DNA of 31,355 nucleotides from a virus (lineage: Duplodnaviria; Caudoviricetes). Shown here piece after piece: positions 24,870-31,355 of this stretch (positions are counted from its first letter, which is position 1; the number at the start of each line of letters is the position of its first letter). The position numbers and the translations under genes are program-made. Where the stretch lies: positions 1 through 31,355 of IMG/VR virus record IMGVR_UViG_3300034093_000692. One strand, given 5' to 3'. The notes below the pieces were generated by a model, which saw only the letters and a program-made list of their open reading frames with translations, was not told the origin of the DNA and made no database searches.

Positions 24870-25289
24870 ATGGCATCATTCAACAAAGTCATCCTGATCG
24901 GCAACCTCACCCGAGACGTAGAACTCAAACACCTTCCAAAAGGGACTGCTGTTTGCAACCTGAGCTTGGCCGTCAATCGCCGCTGGAAGAACGAGGCCGG
25001 TGAGGAAAAGGAAGACGTGTACTTTGCTGAGTGCAAGGCGTTCGGGAAGCAGGCTGAAACGCTCGCTCAATACGTCAGGAAAGGTAATCCGTTGATGATT
25101 GAAGGGCGCCTAACCCGGGAAGAGTGGGACGACAAGAAGACCGGAGACAAGCGATCCACCACGCGGATTATGATCGAAACCTTCCAGTTTCTTAAGGAAC
25201 GTAGCGAAGGTGCCACGTCCGCGCCGCGCCAGGAGTCCGCGCCGACTGCGCCGAAGCCTGATCTCGACGCCGATGATCTGCCGTTTTAA
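24870..25289 (+). CDS. ssb: Single-stranded DNA-binding protein
   Basis: NKVILIGNLTRD, LAVNR, IEGRL OB-fold motifs; acidic tail DDLPF. Confidence 0.97.
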   Translation: MASFNKVILIGNLTRDVELKHLPKGTAVCNLSLAVNRRWKNEAGEEKEDVYFAECKAFGKQAETLAQYVRKGNPLMIEGRLTREEWDDKKTGDKRSTTRIMIETFQFLKERSEGATSAPRQESAPTAPKPDLDADDLPF

Positions 25290-25301
25290 AAATCAGGCAG
25301 C

Positions 25302-25580
25302 ATGAATTACAACACGTTTCCAAACGGTGGATGGCAGTTCTACGAACCCGCAACCAAGTGGACCGCGCCAAACCCGATGAATTACGATTTTCATTCGATG
25401 GCGCGATTGATCCAGCAGCACAGGATTGCCAACCACCTTCCATCGTCATTTGAACAAGCGGTGAGTGATCTGGAAGCCTACACAAAAGCTCGTTTTCCCC
25501 AGCAAACAACAACTCAATCCACTCAAACCAATGCTCAACCAAGGGTATCAGGCTGTCGCTCGTGCGGTGGAAAGGGTTAA
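25302..25580 (+). CDS. Hypothetical protein with C-terminal CxxC (GCRSCGG)
   Basis: 92-aa ORF filling the gap after ssb. Confidence 0.7.
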   Translation: MNYNTFPNGGWQFYEPATKWTAPNPMNYDFHSMARLIQQHRIANHLPSSFEQAVSDLEAYTKARFPQQTTTQSTQTNAQPRVSGCRSCGGKG

Positions 25581-25923
25581 AAATACGGCGCAAGGGGTAA
25601 GGATTCTTGCGGAATGGCTGGGCGATGGCGGTATTCCCGTTGATCGCTCAGTAGCGCAGCATCGTCTTGATACGTGTCTGCACTGCCTGCACAACAAACC
25701 CACCAAGCCAGACGCAATCGAGAAGACTGTCGCTGAGGTTATCATTGAGCAGGAGCAACTGCGCCACGACATGGCTATGATCCTTCAAGGTGAGTCTAAT
25801 GCTGGCACCTGCGAAGTCTGCGGCTGCTACCTGAAGCTCAAGGTCTGGGTGCCATTGAGTTACCTAGGCGATCGTGAAATGCCTGATAAATGCTGGATTT
25901 CGCAGGAACGGAAAGCAATCTGA
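25531..25923 (+). CDS. Putative zinc-binding protein (130 aa)
   Basis: RLDTCLHC...CEVCGCYLKLK...KCW; start moved to ATG 25531. Confidence 0.7.
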   Translation: MLNQGYQAVARAVERVKNTAQGVRILAEWLGDGGIPVDRSVAQHRLDTCLHCLHNKPTKPDAIEKTVAEVIIEQEQLRHDMAMILQGESNAGTCEVCGCYLKLKVWVPLSYLGDREMPDKCWISQERKAI

Positions 25924-25930
25924 GATCAAT

Positions 25931-28204
25931 ATGAGTTTCAAAGAACCAAGTAGAGTCTGGAATGTTGTTAGTGCGATGCTAGAGGCTGAACAGCCTCGTT
26001 CTCGCAATCGCGCTCGCATTAACGCTACCTTTAACGGTAATCCTCCATACAGCGAAGAGGAGGCTCGCGACAACAAGATCCAGACAAACGTCAACTTCCT
26101 GGAAGGTACGCGCATCATTCATGCGGCACGCCAGCAGTTTACGAACGCGTTCCTGAAGCCTCAGAATTACTTTTCTGTGGGCCTTGATACCGGCCCCCGG
26201 GATAAGCGCACCGAGTGGGGCAACATCATCACCAAGCAGTTGAACCGCGTGATGAAGCGGTCTCCGAAGTATTCCACGGTCTTGGAATCTCAGTTTGCCG
26301 CGACGGTTCTTCACGGCATTGGGCCGGTGACTTGGTTGCGTGACCGTGAATGGTGCCCGTCGGCCCGTGGAACTGAAGACATTCTGGTTCCTACGAACAC
26401 GCTGACCACGATGGAGAATATGTCGCACTTCGCGATCTACACCTCCTTCACAGCTGCGGACCTAATCCGCATGACTCGCGGTGAGAACGTCGATCCCGGC
26501 TGGAACCTAAAGCTGGTGAACGAGCTGCTGGCCGCGATGATCCAGCGCGAGGCATCGAGTCTCCAGGTGAACGATTGGTCCGGCCAATACTTCCCTGAAA
26601 AGGTTGAGGAAGACTTCAAGGAGAACTCTGGTTACTGGGGTTCCGATGCGACTCCGGTGCTGCGGTGCTACGATTTTTACTTCCTAGACACGACCAGCGA
26701 CGATCCTTCTTGGCGCCGCCGCATCATCGTTGACCAGTACAACAGCGGGATCGGTAATATGCAGACCGCTGGCCAATGGCTCTTCGATGCCGGCGATCGC
26801 TGTTACGGCCGGGATATCTTTGAGCTGATGCACATCCAGTTCGCTGACGGCGCTGTGGTTCCGCCGTTCCGCTGGCACTCGGTGCGTTCCCTTGGCTACC
26901 TGCTTTATGCGGTGTGCCACCTCCAAAATCGCCTGCGTTGTAAATTCACCGACTCAGTCTTCGAGCAGATGCTCTGGCTCTTCCGCAATGTCGCTGATGG
27001 TGACATGGAACGGATGGAGAAGATCGACCTGGTGAACATGGGCGTGATTCCCGAGGGCCTCTCCTGGGTTCCGCAATCTGAGCGTCACGTTGTCGATTAC
27101 CCGATGCTGTCCGGCGCTATGGCGATGCACCGCCAGATCATGTCTGAGTCGAGTGCTGCCTACACGCAGGACGTGAATGACGGATCATCGAAAGAGCTGA
27201 CCGCTACCGAGGTTATGGCTCGCGTGAACAACGCCAACGCGCTGATGGGCTCCATGCTAACACGCGCCTACACTCAGCAGAATTTCCAGTACCGTGAGAT
27301 CGCTCGCCGGTTCTGCACGATCGACCATCCCGACTGCAAACAGTTCCGTCGCAAGTGCGAGGCGGACGGAGTCGATCCCTCCGTCTGGAACAACCTCGAC
27401 GCATGGGACATCATGCCCGAGCGCGTCATGGGTTCCGGCAACAAGATGCTGGAGATCGCTCAGGCTGACCGCCTGATGGCTATCCGACCGCTGCTAGCTC
27501 CGGATTCTCAGGCCGAGGTTGTGCACATGTATGTCGAGGCCAACACTGATGATCCCCTTCTGGCAAATCGCTTGGCTCCGATCGACAACAAGCCGGTCTC
27601 CCCGGCTGTCGAACGCGCTACCCTGGCGTGGGGCACGCTTATCGACGGTCAACCTGTCGTTATCGCAAGCGCACTCAATCGCCCCGAGTACATCCAGACG
27701 CTGCTTCAGATGCTTGGTGGCGCCATTGGTCGTATTGAAAAGGAAGGTGGCGGCATGACCACGATGGATCGCGTGCTGGGATTGGCCAACGTAATCCAGC
27801 ATATCCAGGAGCAGATTCAGTTAATCTCTCAGGACCCGGGCCAGGAGCAGAACATCAAGCTCTACAACGACGGCATCGGCCAGGCTTCAAACTACATCAA
27901 GGGCTACGTGCAGCGCCTTCAAGAGCAGGCTCAGGCTCAGGCCGAAGCCGGCGCAGCTGGCAACGGAATGGACCCCGAGACGGCTGCAAAGATCCAGGCG
28001 ATGCTTATCACCGCGCAGTCCAAGTCACAAATTGCTGCGGCAAACTCCGAACAGAAGCGGACTCAGAAGCAGGTCGCCTTCGATCAAGATCAGCAGCGCA
28101 AGAATGCTAGCACGATCGCTGAAGCTCAGCGTAAAGGCGCTCTTACCCGCGCAGACATTGCCGCCATGGATCTCAAGACTCAGGCCAATATTCTCAACCA
28201 ATGA
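25931..28204 (+). CDS. Portal protein (757 aa)
   Basis: ELTATEVMAR motif typical of podoviral portals, LHGIG segment, long Q/A-rich C-terminal barrel-type coil; downstream of terminase; start moved to ATG 25931. Confidence 0.8.
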   Translation: MSFKEPSRVWNVVSAMLEAEQPRSRNRARINATFNGNPPYSEEEARDNKIQTNVNFLEGTRIIHAARQQFTNAFLKPQNYFSVGLDTGPRDKRTEWGNIITKQLNRVMKRSPKYSTVLESQFAATVLHGIGPVTWLRDREWCPSARGTEDILVPTNTLTTMENMSHFAIYTSFTAADLIRMTRGENVDPGWNLKLVNELLAAMIQREASSLQVNDWSGQYFPEKVEEDFKENSGYWGSDATPVLRCYDFYFLDTTSDDPSWRRRIIVDQYNSGIGNMQTAGQWLFDAGDRCYGRDIFELMHIQFADGAVVPPFRWHSVRSLGYLLYAVCHLQNRLRCKFTDSVFEQMLWLFRNVADGDMERMEKIDLVNMGVIPEGLSWVPQSERHVVDYPMLSGAMAMHRQIMSESSAAYTQDVNDGSSKELTATEVMARVNNANALMGSMLTRAYTQQNFQYREIARRFCTIDHPDCKQFRRKCEADGVDPSVWNNLDAWDIMPERVMGSGNKMLEIAQADRLMAIRPLLAPDSQAEVVHMYVEANTDDPLLANRLAPIDNKPVSPAVERATLAWGTLIDGQPVVIASALNRPEYIQTLLQMLGGAIGRIEKEGGGMTTMDRVLGLANVIQHIQEQIQLISQDPGQEQNIKLYNDGIGQASNYIKGYVQRLQEQAQAQAEAGAAGNGMDPETAAKIQAMLITAQSKSQIAAANSEQKRTQKQVAFDQDQQRKNASTIAEAQRKGALTRADIAAMDLKTQANILNQ

Positions 28205-28458
28205 CCCCAAAACAAGAGTTTCAAAAAAACCAACAGCGCCTCAACGAGCTTAAGCGCCTCCTGGATAATCAGGACTTACAAGCTGCCCTACTCGTTGCGT
28301 TCAATAATTTCTGCTGGAACCTGCCAGCCTCAGAGAATCCTCAACATGGATGGAATGCCAACTGTCGCAGACAGGGGGCTAAAGCCTTGATTGATGAACT
28401 CAACGGGCTGGCAGAGATGCGGAAAGAAAAACCGACCACCACTCAAAACCTCGAATGA
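28201..28458 (+). CDS. Small helical protein following portal
   Basis: ATGA-coupled at both ends; RQGAKALIDEL resembles small post-portal proteins of podoviruses. Confidence 0.7.
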   Translation: MTPKQEFQKNQQRLNELKRLLDNQDLQAALLVAFNNFCWNLPASENPQHGWNANCRRQGAKALIDELNGLAEMRKEKPTTTQNLE

Positions 28459-29702
28459 GAATCCTATTATCACCTGATGCCCCAACTGATCGCGGGGCGG
28501 ATTACGCTGACGCGTTTGCTGGCATTGACGCCATTGAAGGCAGTGGGCTGGACAACCCGATGGGGTCACCGTCCCAGCAGGCTCCTCAAGAAATAGCTCC
28601 TGCGCCTGCGGTATCCGCGCCAGAAGTTACGGCCCCTGCACCTGCTGACCTTGCCAAGCCCAAGAACGAGGATTTTTTCAACCTCGATAAGTTCACCCCC
28701 AAGAAGGATGAAGCAGCGCCGACCGCTAAGGCTGAGCCCGCCAAGCCTGAGCCCACGTCCATCAAGCAGTTCCGCGAGCAGTACGACTTGACCAAGAAAG
28801 AGCGCGATGATTTCGCGGCTAAGGTCTCTGAGCTTGAGCGTGCTAGGTCCGAAGGCACTCGGAAGGAAGTCGAAGAGGCTACTAAGTCGCTGAAGGCCGA
28901 GATGGATTCCATCCGGAAGAACGCCGAGGAGCTGGACACCGAGGTGCGGTATCTAAACTACACGCGTTCTGGTGAGTACAAGCAGAAGTACGAGACCCCT
29001 CTGCGCGAAGCGTGGCAGACCGCCCTAGGCGATATTGACGGAATCCGCGTCACTGATGCCGATGGCACTGAGCGCGACGCCAGTCACCATGATATCATGG
29101 CGATTTTGAACGTGCCGGTCGCCAAGGCCGCGATCATCGCTCAGGAGACGTTCGGGCCAGCTGCGCCCGAGATCATGGCCCACCGCCGTCGGTTACTCGA
29201 ACTTACTCAGTCTCGCGATAAGTCCATCGCTGAATGGAAGGAAAAGGGAGCGCAGCGTGAGGTTGAGCGATCGAAGCAGGTGGAAGGACGTCAATCTCGT
29301 TCGCGTGAGCTGTTTGAATCGCAGTTCTCGGATTACGAAAAGAGCCACCCGCAGCTGTTCGGTAGGGAAGATGGTGACGATGATGGCAACAAGCTCCTGG
29401 ACGAGAGCGATCGGCTGATCCGAATCGCGCTGAAAGGCGAGGGCGTCGATGCTGACATGGGCTACGAGGACAAGGTTGACCTCATTACGAAGGCTCAGGC
29501 ACAGGTTGCCCTACGTGCTCGGGCCTACGGCCGTGAGCGCCTGCGAGTGATCCGTCTTCAGCAAAAGGTAGCGGAGTTGGAGAAGAAGGTTGGAAAGGTC
29601 CGATCCTCGGAACCCGGTCAGGGTGAGGGGACTTCGACTGCGACGCGCATAGCTCCTAAGAGTGCTGAAGACGCGATCGACGAGCTGCCGTCGGCGTACT
29701 GA
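28455..29702 (+). CDS. Putative capsid scaffolding protein (415 aa)
   Basis: Acidic Pro/Ala-rich N-terminus, long charged coiled coils, short C-terminal helix SAEDAIDEL; position after portal. Confidence 0.65.
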   Translation: MRILLSPDAPTDRGADYADAFAGIDAIEGSGLDNPMGSPSQQAPQEIAPAPAVSAPEVTAPAPADLAKPKNEDFFNLDKFTPKKDEAAPTAKAEPAKPEPTSIKQFREQYDLTKKERDDFAAKVSELERARSEGTRKEVEEATKSLKAEMDSIRKNAEELDTEVRYLNYTRSGEYKQKYETPLREAWQTALGDIDGIRVTDADGTERDASHHDIMAILNVPVAKAAIIAQETFGPAAPEIMAHRRRLLELTQSRDKSIAEWKEKGAQREVERSKQVEGRQSRSRELFESQFSDYEKSHPQLFGREDGDDDGNKLLDESDRLIRIALKGEGVDADMGYEDKVDLITKAQAQVALRARAYGRERLRVIRLQQKVAELEKKVGKVRSSEPGQGEGTSTATRIAPKSAEDAIDELPSAY

Positions 29703-29703
29703 G

Positions 29704-29949
29704 CTACCAGGCGGCGCAACTCCAGTGCTTCGCAGAGAGCTTCGTGCCCGGTGTGTCACAACCATGCCGGGCACGAAAGCTTTTACGGTTCTTCGGGATG
29801 TGCTTCTTGATGGTCATGTTCGGATCACCAAAGCGCACGAGCTTTACTTGCCCGCCCTCCTTAGCCAAGACAGCGGACTTCTTGGAGGCGCCTGGCGTAG
29901 ACTTCGGCTTGTTGTACCCGGCAAATTTCTGGCCTCGGTAGGTAATCAT
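29704..29949 (-). CDS. Small basic conserved phage protein (RFGDPNM...RKSFRARH.C...WSC..W), 81 aa
   Basis: Start moved to ATG 29949 (ATGA overlap); motif recalled from aquatic phage hypotheticals. Confidence 0.8.
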   Translation of the reverse strand: MITYRGQKFAGYNKPKSTPGASKKSAVLAKEGGQVKLVRFGDPNMTIKKHIPKNRKSFRARHGCDTPGTKLSAKHWSCAAW

Positions 29950-30170
29950 TTGGCTTTCGGTAGTACGTACCACCCAGCTGGAAGGGTAACCCGACTCGGC
30001 CCAGAGAGTTTACCGTCCTTGTCAAACGCGTAGACGCGAGCGCGGACGGGCTCTGCTAGCATCACGGGATCACCGCTAGGAACGAGGATTACCTTCGTCT
30101 GCTGGCAACCCAGGCAGATCGGCAACACGAGCAGCCAAATCGTTCTTGAGAGGCTTTGGTGCATTTCCAT
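29946..30170 (-). CDS. Lipoprotein, putative o-spanin-like
   Basis: Signal peptide RTIWLLVLPICLG-C with lipobox-like Cys; Pro-containing mature part; downstream of holin-like genes. Confidence 0.6.
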   Translation of the reverse strand: MEMHQSLSRTIWLLVLPICLGCQQTKVILVPSGDPVMLAEPVRARVYAFDKDGKLSGPSRVTLPAGWYVLPKAK

Positions 30171-30243
30171 CTTCCACTTTTGGTGCAGGCGTCTCTCGGA
30201 GAAAATCCAAGAGAGCCTTCACGAGTTGGTAGATCCAGTTCAA
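30076..30243 (-). CDS. 55-aa protein overlapping the lipoprotein in another frame (i-spanin-like position)
   Basis: TTG at 30243 overlaps upstream TGA (TTGA); MNWIYQLVKALLDFLRETPAPKVEDGNAPKPLKNDLAARVADLPGLPADEGNPRS; below ORF-track cutoff. Confidence 0.55.
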   Translation of the reverse strand: MNWIYQLVKALLDFLRETPAPKVEDGNAPKPLKNDLAARVADLPGLPADEGNPRS

Positions 30244-30434
30244 ACCGGAGGAACGACAGGAGTCTTCTCGGCGTCCTTGGCCATTATAAGACCGATGCCG
30301 GCGGTCACCGCTGCAATGGTCGAAGCGATGTCGATGTTGGTGCTGGGATCGGCGTCGAAGGTGGCCCGTAGGGCGCCTCCAACAGCGATAAGGATTGCAC
30401 CAATGCCAGCGAGAGTTGTTTTTGTGTTTTTCAT
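30240..30434 (-). CDS. Holin-like two-TM membrane protein (64 aa)
   Basis: MKNTKTTLAGIGAILIAVGGAL...IAAVTAGIGLIMAKD; start moved to ATG 30434 (ATGA overlap). Confidence 0.65.
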   Translation of the reverse strand: MKNTKTTLAGIGAILIAVGGALRATFDADPSTNIDIASTIAAVTAGIGLIMAKDAEKTPVVPPV

Positions 30435-30604
30435 TTGGATCGAAATAAGCGATATGCGGCGTAACAGGCGCAAACTAAGCCAACCACTGCGGTTATAAGT
30501 CTAACCCAGTCGGTGAGGATTGGCAGGAATGATGCAGCGGTAGCACCTGCTGCTGCTGCTAGGCTTAACCCTGGGCTGGCACTACCGTTGTTCGTTGGTT
30601 CCAT
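30431..30604 (-). CDS. Small membrane protein, holin-like (57 aa)
   Basis: MEPTNNGSASPGLSLAAAAGATAASFLPILTDWVRLITAVVGLVCACYAAYRLFRSK; TAATG and ATGA overlaps; not in ORF track. Confidence 0.65.
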   Translation of the reverse strand: MEPTNNGSASPGLSLAAAAGATAASFLPILTDWVRLITAVVGLVCACYAAYRLFRSK

Positions 30605-30777
30605 TACTCAGGTTTGGCTTGAGAGGCTTTGAACTCCGCTTCTTGTCGCAGGAGTTCGTCGATGATCGGCGCCGCAGTACGAGCAACGTCCCAGCCATTG
30701 ACTCTGATCGCGACTTGAAGGTTCGCAATCAGAGCCTTGGCGGATACGGGGTCGAGGTTCAGCGTCAGTATTTGCAT
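30604..30777 (-). CDS. Small hypothetical protein (57 aa), paralog of 30777..30929
   Basis: MQILTLNLDPVSAKALIANLQVAIRVNGWDVARTAAPIIDELLRQEAEFKASQAKPE; TAATG overlaps at both ends; not in ORF track. Confidence 0.7.
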   Translation of the reverse strand: MQILTLNLDPVSAKALIANLQVAIRVNGWDVARTAAPIIDELLRQEAEFKASQAKPE

Positions 30778-30929
30778 TACTCGGATTTAGGTTGTGCGGC
30801 GTTGACGATTAGATCAACAAGCGGCAAAGCAACTTTGGCGTTTTGAATGCCTCCAGCTTTGACTGCAATGTCGATGAGTTGCAGCAAACCGTTGGCTTGT
30901 TCTTGAGTGAGTTTTACGGTGATTTCCAT
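30777..30929 (-). CDS. Small hypothetical protein (50 aa), possible tail-fibre chaperone
   Basis: MEITVKLTQEQANGLLQLIDIAVKAGG...; start moved to ATG 30929, 1 nt after upstream stop. Confidence 0.7.
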   Translation of the reverse strand: MEITVKLTQEQANGLLQLIDIAVKAGGIQNAKVALPLVDLIVNAAQPKSE

Positions 30930-30930
30930 A

Positions 30931-31287
30931 TTAGGTGACGGGAACTTCAGCGACAGGAACGATCTCCGCAACTGGATTCCACGGCAACGGCAGCGTCACC
31001 ACGGGCGGATTGATCTGATTCTCGATCTGCAACGAGACGTTGGCTTCGATAGCCGCTTGATCGACTCCATTGCTATAGCACCAACCAAGCACCTGTTCCT
31101 GCGTCAGATCCTCGTATGGCGTGAACTCACCAGACGGCGGAGCGAACGAGCAGGAGCCGTAGCAGGTGCCGCTGTATTGATCCTGAGTGCCGTTGCAACG
31201 CCAATCGGCGGTGATTACGACATCGGTAAGGGAGCCTTCGGTGGGTTTGACGAGAAGGCGTTCGATGATCCAGAGGATGGTGGGCAT
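30931..31287 (-). CDS. Conserved tail-fibre-associated phage protein (118 aa)
   Basis: W.I..L...DVV.TADW...FTPYEDLTQEQVLGW...QINPP...LPW pattern recalled from genes following tail fibres. Confidence 0.8.
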   Translation of the reverse strand: MPTILWIIERLLVKPTEGSLTDVVITADWRCNGTQDQYSGTCYGSCSFAPPSGEFTPYEDLTQEQVLGWCYSNGVDQAAIEANVSLQIENQINPPVVTLPLPWNPVAEIVPVAEVPVT

Positions 31288-31298
31288 AGTCGTTTAAA

Positions 31299-31355
31299 TT
31301 AGGCTGCTGCGATTGTGGTGATTGTGCCAGAGCTTCCACGGAACTTCAGCGCACC
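31299..31355 (-). CDS. C-terminal end of a probable tail fibre (partial)
   Basis: ...GALKFRGSSGTITTIAAA-stop, a terminus recalled from phage tail fibres; only 19 codons visible. Confidence 0.5.
   Translation of the reverse strand, partial: GALKFRGSSGTITTIAAA

Larger units (their letters stand above)
1..31355. mobile_element. Tailed dsDNA bacteriophage genome segment (podovirus-like)
   Basis: Terminase, portal, scaffold-like, tail, ejection-type, RecET-like, SSB and lysis-like genes; near-continuous coding with many ATGA/GTGA/TAATG overlaps; no cellular housekeeping genes. Confidence 0.95.

Noticed and set aside
28223-28230. A_AAA_AAC slippery heptamer in the post-portal gene
   Set aside because: The -1 frame stops at 28253 after a few codons; no useful product or stimulatory structure seen
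29690-29720. Bidirectional terminator at the convergent junction
   Set aside because: Only 1 bp separates the stops and no hairpin plus U-tract is evident
1-31355. CRISPR array, tRNA, rRNA, intron, intein or stop-codon reassignment
   Set aside because: No non-coding gap over ~45 bp, no spaced direct repeats seen, terL is of normal uninterrupted length, and all three stop codons terminate genes under the standard code

Overview
The whole window is a densely packed fragment of a tailed dsDNA phage genome (podovirus-like; free virus or prophage cannot be decided, as no host genes, integrase or att site are visible). A ~20-kb minus-strand operon starting at 23049 encodes a nozzle-like tail protein, a beta-helix tailspike with inserted repeat domains, a tail fibre, an adaptor-like protein, a cupin and three cysteine-free ejection-type proteins. 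The last of these is a 3517-aa polyvalent protein carrying a Strawberry-notch-type SF2 helicase and a SAM-dependent methyltransferase-like domain. It is followed by a sigma70-like, apparently leaderless promoter driving RecT-like, RecE-like, two HTH and several small genes. A divergent plus-strand operon starting at 23093 encodes large terminase, SSB, two Cys-motif proteins, portal, a small protein and a scaffold-like protein, but no major capsid gene. It collides with a minus-strand block of small genes (tail-fibre end, chaperone-like proteins, holin-like and spanin-like genes). The SSB resembles Verrucomicrobia/PVC SSBs (from memory). No RNA genes or CRISPR arrays were seen. All family calls are from visual motif recognition, not database searches.
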